Positions 9,718 to 18,613 of a stretch of DNA of 32,234 nucleotides are shown piece by piece. Positions within the stretch are counted from its first letter, which is position 1. Each line of letters opens with the position of its first letter. A model generated the notes under the pieces. The model did not search any database, had not been told where the DNA came from, and saw only the letters and a list, made by a program, of their open reading frames with translations. A program made the translations under genes and the position numbers. The stretch is from a virus (taxonomy: Duplodnaviria; Caudoviricetes): IMG/VR virus record IMGVR_UViG_3300045967_000066, positions 1-32,234 of that record. One strand, given 5' to 3'.

Positions 9718-9989
9718 GCACGGCCGATTATCCGCGGATGCTCTTCCACCGGCGGCTGGAGCCGGCAGTTGTGCAGTCCGAGGAAGAAGAGGCTGCGCTA
9801 GGCGCGGAATGGTCTCGGACCATTCCGCAGCCCGATATCGAGCCCGCGGCGCCGCCGCCAGACCTTCCGGACGTCCCCGATCCTGGCGAGCAGCCCGATC
9901 CCGGGCAGGAACCGGACGAGCCGGAAACCGTGCGGCGGCCGCCGGGCCGGCCGAAGAAGGCATTGGCGCCGGCCAAACGGCGGGCGTAA
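9714..9989 (+). CDS. Small post-capsid protein (YPRMLF...ALGAEW, C-terminal GRPKK)
   Basis: ATGA coupling; same motif as the upstream gene. Confidence 0.75.
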   Translation: MSTADYPRMLFHRRLEPAVVQSEEEEAALGAEWSRTIPQPDIEPAAPPPDLPDVPDPGEQPDPGQEPDEPETVRRPPGRPKKALAPAKRRA

Positions 9990-10056
9990 CACGATTTACC
10001 ACCCCGCGGCACATTGCAGCACTGCCGCAAGGTGGATCGCATAGGTACTTTGCCGT

Positions 10057-10734
10057 ATGCCTACCACCGTAACGCAATTAATCCATTCCTCGTTCCGGTT
10101 GATCGGGGCGATTGCCTCGGGAGAGACGCTCGAGGCGAACGAGCTGACTGATGCGTTCGCGGCGCTGAACCAGCTCGTCTCGAGCTGGAACACCGAAGGC
10201 GCTTCGATCGTAGGGCGTAAGCGTCTCCTGGTTTCCGTAGGCGGCGGAAACAGCTACACGCTCTCGGAACGCCCGGTAAAGGTCGAGTCGGCATCCGTTC
10301 AGTCCGGTGGCATCGATTCGCCCCTGGAGATCGTTGACTCGGTCGGGTGGGAGTCCACCCCTGAAAAGGCGGCGCAGTCGGTCTACGTCAAGAAGCTCTT
10401 CTGCGACTACGGCTATCCGACAGCTACGGTGTACATAGCGCCGATTCCGCGGCTCGGCGGAACGCTCGAGGTGTGGATCTATGTGGTGATTCCCGCATTC
10501 GCCGCGGTGGATCAAATTATCGATCTTCCGGAGGGCTACGAGATGGCGCTTCGGTTCAACCTGGCGCTCGCTCTGCTGCCTGAGTATCCGCGGTCTCAGG
10601 TCGACCCTACGCTTGTTCCGCAGGCGCAGCAGTACAAAGCGGCCATCATGCAACTCAACGCGAGCAACCACATGCGGTCTCAGGCCAGCTCGCCGGCGCA
10701 GGCGATGGCGACGGCCCAACCTCCAGCGAGTTAA
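10057..10734 (+). CDS. P22 gp4-like head-tail adaptor, copy A
   Basis: QLIHSSFRLIG..SGETL..DAFAALNQLVSSW and LPEGYEMALRFNLA..L.PEY. Confidence 0.8.
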   Translation: MPTTVTQLIHSSFRLIGAIASGETLEANELTDAFAALNQLVSSWNTEGASIVGRKRLLVSVGGGNSYTLSERPVKVESASVQSGGIDSPLEIVDSVGWESTPEKAAQSVYVKKLFCDYGYPTATVYIAPIPRLGGTLEVWIYVVIPAFAAVDQIIDLPEGYEMALRFNLALALLPEYPRSQVDPTLVPQAQQYKAAIMQLNASNHMRSQASSPAQAMATAQPPAS

Positions 10735-10737
10735 ACA

Positions 10738-12900
10738 ATGTCTACACCGACGCCTGTTTTTCCCGGAGCAATCGCGACCGACGCCCACCTCAAGCTGGCG
10801 AACAACCTGATCCAGACGACGTTGAAGGTGGGGATCGATGGCAGCAATACGATCCTGTTTGTCAATGCGAGCACCGGCTTTACACCCCATTGCCTGGTCT
10901 CGATCGACAAGGAGATCGTCGCAGTCGAGAGCGTCATCGGCGCCCCGAACCCGGCCCTGATCGTGGCGACCGGCGGCCGCGGGTTCGACGGGACTGCTGC
11001 GGCGACTCATGCGACCGGCGCGAAGGTATCGATGTACATCGACGCCTGGCACCATAACGCGCTCGCCGCGGAAGTGAAGGCGATCGAGTCATTCCTGGGG
11101 CCGAACGGCCAGAACATCAGTGGATCGGGAGCGGCGATCTACGTTCCGGACGGCTATGACTTCACGCGCACGCCGGGCGGCTCTTTGATCGTTGGGCTCA
11201 ATACCATTACGCTCTCGCCGATCCCCGCCGGCATTGCGGCCGGATCGTATCTTTACATAAGCGGTGGAACGGGAGCGGCGGAAGCAGTGCCAATCTCCTC
11301 CTGGAACCCGGCTACGGGTGTGGCAATCATCAATTGCGCGAATACCCATTCGGGCGCCTGGACAATCTCGAGCGCGAGCGACGGCATTCAGGAGGCGATC
11401 AACGTCGCCGCAAATAACGGGACGGTGACGCTTAAAGCGAAAACATACGTCGTGCAGGGCACGATCAGCGTAAGGACTGGCACCGTGATTCAGGGGAGCG
11501 GGAAGGCCGATATTCTGCCGGCCACGTTTACCGGCGGAACGATGATCGATGCTACCGCCGTAACCGCCGGCTACGTGTTCGATTACCTGAGCCCGGTTCA
11601 GGCGTCACCTTACGGAATGAGTTCGGCGTTTGTGTTCCGCGATTTCTCGATCAAGACAGGGCTGAACGGGATCCGCCTCAACAACGACACCATGCCCACA
11701 GGAGCCAGCAATCAGGCATTCCTTACCGACAACGTAGTGATCGAGAACGTCAACATTTACGGGGCTAGTCAGTATCTGTCTGATCCCGGCAACAATACCA
11801 ATACCGTACCCAGCCTGGGAACTTTGAAGACATATGGAGTCGGTATCAATCTTACGCTTGTGTTCCGGGCCAGGGTTCTCGACTGCGGCATTTATCTTGT
11901 GGGCGTTCCATTCCTGATTTATGGCGACGAGAACCTGATTGACGCCTGCTTGTGCAGCCAGTCCAGCATCGGTATGTTCCTCGAGGGCAAAGATCCGGAC
12001 AGCAACGCCGTGATGTATGGCAACAAGAACGTCATCCGCCATGTGAAATTTCAAGGCCAGACGCGCCTGCCCACAATCTGGATTGATTGGTGCGGAGGAG
12101 GCTACGTTGAAAACTGCTATTTCGAGCCCGGAAGCGGAAACATCAGTCAATACGCGAGAGTGACCAACGGCCAGACTTTTACGTTCGGCCCCAACAATTG
12201 GGTGCAGGCTCCTCTCAGTGCCGGATCGTGCCCTAGTTTTCACCTTGATCTTCAGGGCGAAGCATTGATTCACAACAACTCGATGCTACAGGGGGCGGTT
12301 CTTCCCGGGCAGATAGAAATGGACTATCACCAGTACCAGGCTAAATACCCAAATATCGTGCGAATGTGGGGCAACGGGTCTTATTTCCCGCAACCGGGCA
12401 ACCGGAATTGGCTTGCGGGCGGCAAGCATCAAGTCTGGCCGATGATTCCCGGCGTGCTGGTCGGGCAGCCGAATTCGTTGGTCTTGAATGCGTCCAACAA
12501 TCCGTCTGACTGGGCCTATAACAGCACAGCGTACCCTTGGGTTCTGGACACGACCACCCAGCGATATGTAGTCAATGCCGGTGACGCGGCAATCGCGGCC
12601 AACGGTTTCGGCGCGTGGTTCCGCCAGACGGGGAGACTCTATCGGACGTTCAACCTCTTGATGAGCGCCAGGAAGACAGGGGGGGCCGGCACTTGTGCGA
12701 TCAATGTGACATATGAGGGAAACGCCACGACGTCTCTCGGCAACTACGTGCTGACGTTCACTACCACGGCTGAAACTTCCGTTCAGACTTCCGCCAACTT
12801 CTCGATTCCAGCCGGCGAAACGCTGGGTGGAAGTCTTCGGGTCAACTTTATCCCAAGCGGAGTGAACGTCGAAGAGGTTCTCGTCGTTCCGGTGAGTTGA
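10738..12900 (+). CDS. Tailspike/receptor-binding protein with pectate-lyase-like beta-helix
   Basis: GIQEAIN...TVTLKAKTY..GT beta-helix start; N/G/S/T-rich; less GC-rich C-terminal part. Confidence 0.75.
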   Translation: MSTPTPVFPGAIATDAHLKLANNLIQTTLKVGIDGSNTILFVNASTGFTPHCLVSIDKEIVAVESVIGAPNPALIVATGGRGFDGTAAATHATGAKVSMYIDAWHHNALAAEVKAIESFLGPNGQNISGSGAAIYVPDGYDFTRTPGGSLIVGLNTITLSPIPAGIAAGSYLYISGGTGAAEAVPISSWNPATGVAIINCANTHSGAWTISSASDGIQEAINVAANNGTVTLKAKTYVVQGTISVRTGTVIQGSGKADILPATFTGGTMIDATAVTAGYVFDYLSPVQASPYGMSSAFVFRDFSIKTGLNGIRLNNDTMPTGASNQAFLTDNVVIENVNIYGASQYLSDPGNNTNTVPSLGTLKTYGVGINLTLVFRARVLDCGIYLVGVPFLIYGDENLIDACLCSQSSIGMFLEGKDPDSNAVMYGNKNVIRHVKFQGQTRLPTIWIDWCGGGYVENCYFEPGSGNISQYARVTNGQTFTFGPNNWVQAPLSAGSCPSFHLDLQGEALIHNNSMLQGAVLPGQIEMDYHQYQAKYPNIVRMWGNGSYFPQPGNRNWLAGGKHQVWPMIPGVLVGQPNSLVLNASNNPSDWAYNSTAYPWVLDTTTQRYVVNAGDAAIAANGFGAWFRQTGRLYRTFNLLMSARKTGGAGTCAINVTYEGNATTSLGNYVLTFTTTAETSVQTSANFSIPAGETLGGSLRVNFIPSGVNVEEVLVVPVS

Positions 12901-12903
12901 GCG

Positions 12904-13692
12904 ATGGCGAAAGAATCTCTTTTCGACAATATCCTCTGGAACCAGGGCGCCTTCGGCGGCTCGGTTCCTACGGGCGCGGCAATCATACTGGCCGGCAAGG
13001 GTCTGATTTACCCGGCCCTCCGCAAGGCCGGCGTGACGCTCGGCCCGCAGCGCACACCGTCGCCGGCGCAATACCAGGACGGGCTCGAGGAGCTGAACCG
13101 GCTGGTGGGATCCTTGAGCTGCGACCGGCTGAACATCTACTCGATCACGAAGTCCTCGTTCCCGCTTACGGGAGCGGGCAGCTACACGATCGGCCAGGAT
13201 CCATCAGGTGAGACCATTGCGGACTTCGACACGCCGCGGCCGGTGATGATCGAGGCCGCGGGCATCACGGGTTCGCAGGGCGGCTGTGCGTCTCTTGCGG
13301 TCGTTCCCTCGGACGTATGGACGGCGCAGTGCAATTGTTCGGCCGGTGTCGGATGGCTTTACAACGATCGGGCGTATCCGATCTCGACGCTTTACCTTTC
13401 GGGTTCGCCGACAGACGGGATCCTCGAGCTGCACTCCTGGCAGATGGCGCCGGCGTTCGTGTCGATCGATGATGCCGTGCTCCTGCCGCCGGGCTATGAG
13501 GACGCAATCGTTTTGAATCTCGCGATCCGTCTCGCTCCGCATTTCCAGCGGGTAGTAGATCCGGATGTCAGACGGGAAGCGCAGCTCTCGCTTATGCGTC
13601 TGGAATCGATCAACGCGCCGCGGCCGATCGCCGATACTTCGGAGGCTCTGAGTTGCGGATGCGGATATGACATACGGAACGATTGCTCCTGA
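12904..13692 (+). CDS. P22 gp4-like head-tail adaptor, copy B
   Basis: LIYPALRKAGV..DGLEELNRLV..SYTIG..RPVMIE..LPPGYEDAIVLNLAIRLAP. Confidence 0.8.
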   Translation: MAKESLFDNILWNQGAFGGSVPTGAAIILAGKGLIYPALRKAGVTLGPQRTPSPAQYQDGLEELNRLVGSLSCDRLNIYSITKSSFPLTGAGSYTIGQDPSGETIADFDTPRPVMIEAAGITGSQGGCASLAVVPSDVWTAQCNCSAGVGWLYNDRAYPISTLYLSGSPTDGILELHSWQMAPAFVSIDDAVLLPPGYEDAIVLNLAIRLAPHFQRVVDPDVRREAQLSLMRLESINAPRPIADTSEALSCGCGYDIRNDCS

Positions 13693-13879
13693 CGGACGCG
13701 CAATGCCGGCCATGCACGCTATCAGGGAACTCCGCAAGGGAGCAGGCCATGCACAGCACGGGCTCATCTGGGCGCTCTCTCATCCATAACGAATGTCCAC
13801 AACTGAGGGTGACGTCGAACCCGTGGCTCTGCGCGTCCGGTGCGATTGCTGAGACTTTGGATCGGATTAGGCCGGGCAT
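13610..13879 (-). CDS. Small antisense moron with LxCGH...CxxC metal-binding motif
   Basis: Fills the 205-nt gap; extended -10 TGcTATAGT at 13890-13898; tail overlaps the adaptor B 3' end. Confidence 0.5.
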   Translation of the reverse strand: MPGLIRSKVSAIAPDAQSHGFDVTLSCGHSLWMRERPDEPVLCMACSLAEFPDSVHGRHCASVRSNRSVCHIRIRNSEPPKYRRSAAAR

Positions 13880-13897
13880 TCCTGGCCGAACTATAGC

Positions 13898-15661
13898 ATG
13901 AAGATCTCTCTGGCTGGACCCTCCTACACATCGAAAAGCGTAGTCGCGGCAACGCAGGAGACAATCAACTGGTATCCGGAGACGCTCGCCGCGGGGGACG
14001 AGCCACGGCGCCAGGTGCTCATCGGGAGACCCGGCCTGAAGCTGTTCGCTACACTCTCGCCGGCAAAGATCAGGTGCCTCTGGGCCGGCGGCGGCCGGCT
14101 CTTCGCCATCCACGGCAACAAGCAGTCGGAGATCACCGAGGCCGGAACGATTACAACGGCGTCACAGACCGTCGCCGAGAGCACGCCGGCCGTCTCGCCT
14201 GACCCGGCGCAGATCTTCTCCAACGGGCACCAGCTCATGATCGTCTCGGGAGGGCTGGTCTATGTGAACAATGGCGCGGGACCGGAACCGGCCCGCTTCA
14301 CCGTATTCGGCATGGTCGATACGGACGGCTCAGTGAACGTCTACTGGACGCCCAGCGGCGCAACGCCGGAAACCTCGGACAAGTTCAACGCTCTGATGGT
14401 CGGGCAACTGATGCGGATCGGCGATATCGACTATCTTGTCACCTCTTTCATCAACGACGCAGTGATTGCCGTCTCGAGTCCGGTGCCGGCGGGTTCAGAC
14501 CTGCCGTACAGCGTCCCTCGGTCGGGCGATCAGGTGACGGGCGTCACGGGCGGATTCCTCGACGGGTATGGCATCACGAACCGACCGCCGAATCCGCCGG
14601 GGCCGGGGGTTGTCACCAGGCGGCTGCTCCGGAATCGAGCCGGGGTGGAAGAGCCGGCAGACCCCGGGCGCCAATTCAATATCAGCGACATTAACGACTT
14701 CACGGTATGGAATCCGCTCGATTTCGGCGTGAAGGAAGGGCACTCGGACTACATACGGTCCATCCTCTGCGACCACGAGGAGTTATGGCTTCTGGGCACG
14801 GAGACAACGGAGATCTGGTCGAATGTCGGCGACCCCAACTTTCCGTTCCAGCGCATGGGCGGGGCGTTCATCCATGAGGGGTCGGTCTCCACATATGCGC
14901 CGTGTTCGGTAGCACTGGGAGTATGTGCGCTGGCCGGCTCGCCCAATGGGCAGACGGTGGCCTATATGGCCCGGGGGTTGCAGCCGCAGCGCATCTCGAC
15001 GTTCGCGCAGGAACAAGCCTGGAATGCGCCGGGGTTCAATGCGCGGGACGCAGTGTCTTACTCGTACCTCGATGCGGGCCACCTGTTCTGGGTCGTCAAT
15101 TTCTGGGCACAGCAGCAGACGTGGGTCTACGACGTCACCGAGAATCTCTGGCATCAACGCTACGGGTTCAACCCGTCGCCGGCGCCGGGGGCGTTCATCC
15201 GTTACCAGCCGTGGTATCACGTCTTCATCCCGGAATGGGGCCAGGGGGGCAAGCACATTGTCGGCGACCCGTCCACGGGAAAGTTGTACGAGCAGAGCCT
15301 TGACTTCTACGACGACGACGGAGTTCCGATCCAGTACATCCGCACATTTCCGCACTTGCTCGATGAGGACCGGTATCTGTTCCATCACCGCTTTGAACTG
15401 TACATGGAGACGGGGACGGTCGTAGCGCCGAACCCGGAGATGGCCGTCGCGCTCGACTGGAGCAGTGACCGGGGGCACACCTTCCCTACCGGCCGTACTG
15501 TCACACAGACCTCTGGCCTTTCGGGCAATTACAGCAAGAGGATCGTCTGGCGCCGGCTCGGCTGCTCGCGCGATCGCGTCTACCGGATCGGCGTGCAGGG
15601 CAAGGCGAAAGTTGCGCTGACGGACGCATTCCTTGAGGCCACGCCATCGGAGATAGCCTGA
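13898..15661 (+). CDS. P22 gp10-like tail hub/DNA stabilisation protein
   Basis: INWYPE, RPGLK, LWLLG..TTEIW, PFQR, QRIST, WRRLG.SRDRVYRI. Confidence 0.88.
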   Translation: MKISLAGPSYTSKSVVAATQETINWYPETLAAGDEPRRQVLIGRPGLKLFATLSPAKIRCLWAGGGRLFAIHGNKQSEITEAGTITTASQTVAESTPAVSPDPAQIFSNGHQLMIVSGGLVYVNNGAGPEPARFTVFGMVDTDGSVNVYWTPSGATPETSDKFNALMVGQLMRIGDIDYLVTSFINDAVIAVSSPVPAGSDLPYSVPRSGDQVTGVTGGFLDGYGITNRPPNPPGPGVVTRRLLRNRAGVEEPADPGRQFNISDINDFTVWNPLDFGVKEGHSDYIRSILCDHEELWLLGTETTEIWSNVGDPNFPFQRMGGAFIHEGSVSTYAPCSVALGVCALAGSPNGQTVAYMARGLQPQRISTFAQEQAWNAPGFNARDAVSYSYLDAGHLFWVVNFWAQQQTWVYDVTENLWHQRYGFNPSPAPGAFIRYQPWYHVFIPEWGQGGKHIVGDPSTGKLYEQSLDFYDDDGVPIQYIRTFPHLLDEDRYLFHHRFELYMETGTVVAPNPEMAVALDWSSDRGHTFPTGRTVTQTSGLSGNYSKRIVWRRLGCSRDRVYRIGVQGKAKVALTDAFLEATPSEIA

Positions 15662-16686
15662 TGGATAGATTGCAGGCCCCTCCAATCCGGACCAGGCTGG
15701 ACGACGGCCCCCAGCGGAGCGAGGGCGGCCGCAATGCAGCGAGCCAGACGGCCAAGGAGTGGTACTTCTACTGGGACCGTCTCGGCGAGCAGTCGAACGC
15801 AAACACCCAGAAACTGGATGGGCTGGTCACCTTTGGCCCTCACTCGGCCCGGCCCGATTCGACCAGCCTGCCTCCCCCTCCTGAAGGCGCCATCTATTTC
15901 GAGGAGGACCGCGGGAGTGTTCTCTACCAGTATCAGGACGGGGAGTGGGTGTACGTCTCAGGCATCATGTGGGGCACGCTCAGTCCGGACGAGCGGCCGG
16001 CAGATCTCGGGCCGATCAACGATATCGGATTTGAGTTCTTCTCGATCGACACCGCGCCGGCAGACGCCCAGAGAAAGTTTGTCTGGAGTGGCTCGGCCTG
16101 GATCGAAACCACGCCGGTAGTTGACCCGACGACGACAAAAGGCGATCTGATCGTCCGCGGAGCGCAACGGCCTCCGACACGACTTGCGGTTGGAACGAAC
16201 GGTCAAGTAGTGACGGCCGATTCGACGCAGGCGCTCGGTATCAAGTGGACAACGCCGGCCACCCAGACTCCCTGGTTAAGCAATATCAACGGAGGGGGCT
16301 TCCAACTCACGAATGTCGGCAACATGGCAATTGGCGGCCTATCGACTGCGATCGGCACTCTGTCTATAGGGTGTCTTGATACGACGTCGTTGCCGGCTCT
16401 TTCGCTCCGGAGCCAATTCGCCCCAGCCTATGGGTTCGATTGGGATATTGAGTCAACATCGATCGGCCGATTGGACCTTTACCGGGTGAATGCCGGCACA
16501 AGAACTTTGGTTATGTCTGTCCTTCGGCAGCAGACACGAGTGGGAATCAACAAGGTCAACCCAGGCTCGACATTCGCCGTAGGGGGTTTACCGACATTCG
16601 CCTCGAATGCAGCGGCAACCGGTGGAGGGCTGACGGCCGGCGATTTCTACACTGATGGCGCGGGCAATGTGAAGGTGGTGTTTTGA
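15661..16686 (+). CDS. Tail needle/fibre-like protein
   Basis: Follows gp10; PPIRT..EWYFYW start, TTKGDLIV..RLAVGTNGQV..ADS...GIKW fibre module, C-terminal LPTFASNAAA..GGLTAGDFY. Confidence 0.7.
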   Translation: MDRLQAPPIRTRLDDGPQRSEGGRNAASQTAKEWYFYWDRLGEQSNANTQKLDGLVTFGPHSARPDSTSLPPPPEGAIYFEEDRGSVLYQYQDGEWVYVSGIMWGTLSPDERPADLGPINDIGFEFFSIDTAPADAQRKFVWSGSAWIETTPVVDPTTTKGDLIVRGAQRPPTRLAVGTNGQVVTADSTQALGIKWTTPATQTPWLSNINGGGFQLTNVGNMAIGGLSTAIGTLSIGCLDTTSLPALSLRSQFAPAYGFDWDIESTSIGRLDLYRVNAGTRTLVMSVLRQQTRVGINKVNPGSTFAVGGLPTFASNAAATGGGLTAGDFYTDGAGNVKVVF

Positions 16687-16745
16687 TCGCCTTTGAGCGC
16701 TCGACCGATTACGAGCTGATTCGATCGATCCTGACCCACCCTCGC
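16683..16745 (+). pseudogene. Orphan original 5' end (21 codons) of the GNAT gene at 17748
   Basis: MIAFERSTDYELIRSILTHPR vs MITFERSFDFELIRRIITHPR (16/21 aa); TTG start overlaps the upstream TGA. Confidence 0.9.
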
Positions 16746-17747
16746 TCAAACCTTGCGATCGCGCCATCCATATCGAGGCGCGGCAAATGCCCTTTCGACC
16801 GGCCATCCGGAACGAATACGAAATCCAAGCCGCGGGTATGGAATGGCCAGTGCGATGCTCCATTCCTTCAGCGTCTGCGTTTTGCCGTTGTGCGCGATGA
16901 ACCGACTCGTCCTGCGGTTCCTCGCCTGAGTTTTGGCATCAGCCCAGCGCACATTTCCCGGCGCATAATCGCCGTTTACATTGATGCGATCCAAACTCAA
17001 ACCAGGCGCACAAGGGCCAAGAACAGCAAGGAATCCTTCGAATGCCCGCAACTCAGGCGCTATTTTGATCCCCCGCCCGCCATAATCTGCATATTCAGGT
17101 CTCGCCGTATTCTCACAGCGATCAATCATACCCGCCCATGCTCTATATTCGCGGGTCTTCGTTCGCCCATGAGTCCAGCGCTTGTCTCGATCGGGGACCT
17201 CCGCTCGCGGTTGCCGTTCTGTCGGAACGTGACGGGAAAGGCTTTCGACCCGTGGATCACCCCGCTCATAGCGGGGCATTTCCAGCGCACGTTCGGTCGA
17301 CCAGCCATACCGAAGCAAGCGAGCACTCAAACGGTCATATGGAATCTTCAGGATCTCGCTCCATTCGGCGAGAGTTTTCCTCACGCCTTTATAGGTAATC
17401 CAGCGGTTGTTCTGACGGTTCCGGGTTTGAGTTTTGGCGGTAGACCATCTGACATTGTCGCGAGTGTAATTCCCATTGACATCGACACGATCAAGGCTAC
17501 CCCCTGTTGGGCGCGGGCCGAGTACTGCGTAAAACCCTTCAAACGTTTGCAGTTCAGGGGAAACCGTGATTCCGCGGCCGCCATAGAGAAAATAAGCAGG
17601 ATGTGTCGGCTTGCCACATCGTTCTAACATTGCCCGCCAACTTGAATATTCGGGAGATCGGCTCTTTCCGTGTCTTGGGTGTGCCATGCGGTCTGTATTC
17701 ATTATCCCATTAGTCAGTGACAAAACCCCAGAATATTTGAGGATCAA
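16746..17747 (-). CDS. Free-standing tandem (double) HNH homing endonuclease; real start may be 17702 or 17687
   Basis: Two copies of EY..W..M..RC..YGGRGI...SLDR.D/NVNG.Y...NVRW....Q.RN followed by a KTL.EWS...GW..ERA DNA-binding module. Confidence 0.88.
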   Translation of the reverse strand: MILKYSGVLSLTNGIMNTDRMAHPRHGKSRSPEYSSWRAMLERCGKPTHPAYFLYGGRGITVSPELQTFEGFYAVLGPRPTGGSLDRVDVNGNYTRDNVRWSTAKTQTRNRQNNRWITYKGVRKTLAEWSEILKIPYDRLSARLLRYGWSTERALEMPRYERGDPRVESLSRHVPTERQPRAEVPDRDKRWTHGRTKTREYRAWAGMIDRCENTARPEYADYGGRGIKIAPELRAFEGFLAVLGPCAPGLSLDRINVNGDYAPGNVRWADAKTQARNRRTSRFIAHNGKTQTLKEWSIALAIPYPRLGFRIRSGWPVERAFAAPRYGWRDRKV

Positions 17748-18362
17748 ATGATTACTTTTGAGAGGTCATTTGACTTTGAACTTATCCGCAGAATCATCAC
17801 GCATCCGAGAATTTGGGACAAGATCTCGGACGACAACTCCCCGCGGCGCGAGGACTACCAGCCTATCCAGCATGAGGCGATCTGGTACGTGGTGGCGCGG
17901 GACGTTTACCCGGAGGGCCATGACCTGCTGGGCCTGTGGATGTTTCACCCACTCAACAGCATCTGTTGGGAAGTCCATACGGCGTTGATGCCGGTGGCAT
18001 GGGGCGAGCCGGGGCTCGAGGCAGCTCGCCTGCTGCCGGCCTGGATCTGGGAGCACACCCCGTGTCGGCGCATCGTGAGCAACGTGCCATCGACGAACCG
18101 ACTCGCGTTGCACTTCGCCATCAAGGCGGGGATGACCATCTTTGGCTGCAATCGGGGGAGCTACCTCAAGGACGGGAAGTTGTGCGATCAGGTGTGCCTT
18201 GGGATCAGCCCACCGGAAGAAGAGGCCATTCGCAGGGCGGAACTTGCGGGCGGCCTTGACGTAGCCGCCCATGCCCCGGCATCACCCGGAGAACGCGCCG
18301 TTGGCCCGGAGAGGGCGCGACGGAGCCCTATTTCTTGTGGTGTTCAGCTTCGTGAAGTTTGA
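17748..18362 (+). CDS. GNAT-fold protein (P22 gp14/DUF2824-like) with replaced 5' end
   Basis: WEVHTAL, NRLALHFAIKAG...G.NRGSYLKDGKL.DQ; position before the ejection genes. Confidence 0.8.
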   Translation: MITFERSFDFELIRRIITHPRIWDKISDDNSPRREDYQPIQHEAIWYVVARDVYPEGHDLLGLWMFHPLNSICWEVHTALMPVAWGEPGLEAARLLPAWIWEHTPCRRIVSNVPSTNRLALHFAIKAGMTIFGCNRGSYLKDGKLCDQVCLGISPPEEEAIRRAELAGGLDVAAHAPASPGERAVGPERARRSPISCGVQLREV

Positions 18363-18549
18363 GCAGGAGCGCCATATGGTCGAAGCCATTGTCGATATGG
18401 CTCTTCAGTTCGTCGATGCGCCGATTGAGATCAGCCTTCGTGTCATCGATTCGTTTACTCACGTCGCTGACGCGACTGTTCGAGTAAAGCATCACGCCAA
18501 CGGGAATCACGATGCTGATTGCAATCGTGAGGATTTGGATATCGGTCAA
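18328..18549 (-). CDS. Antisense moron: single-TM plus coiled-coil protein
   Basis: ILTIAISIVIPVGVMLY TM segment, RIDD..RRIDEL heptads; SD aggag and TGaTAAACT upstream. Confidence 0.75.
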   Translation of the reverse strand: MTDIQILTIAISIVIPVGVMLYSNSRVSDVSKRIDDTKADLNRRIDELKSHIDNGFDHMALLLKLHEAEHHKK

Positions 18550-18613
18550 TTAGTTTTCTCCTGCCGGATGATGTCCGGCTTATCTCTCTAGTTTATCAGT
18601 CAGGAGGTGCAAT

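Noticed and set aside
16746-17747. Group I intron or intein housing the HNH
   Set aside because: The HNH is antisense and fills the insert, leaving no room for a ribozyme core; there are no intein termini; the duplicated N-terminus makes splicing unnecessary.
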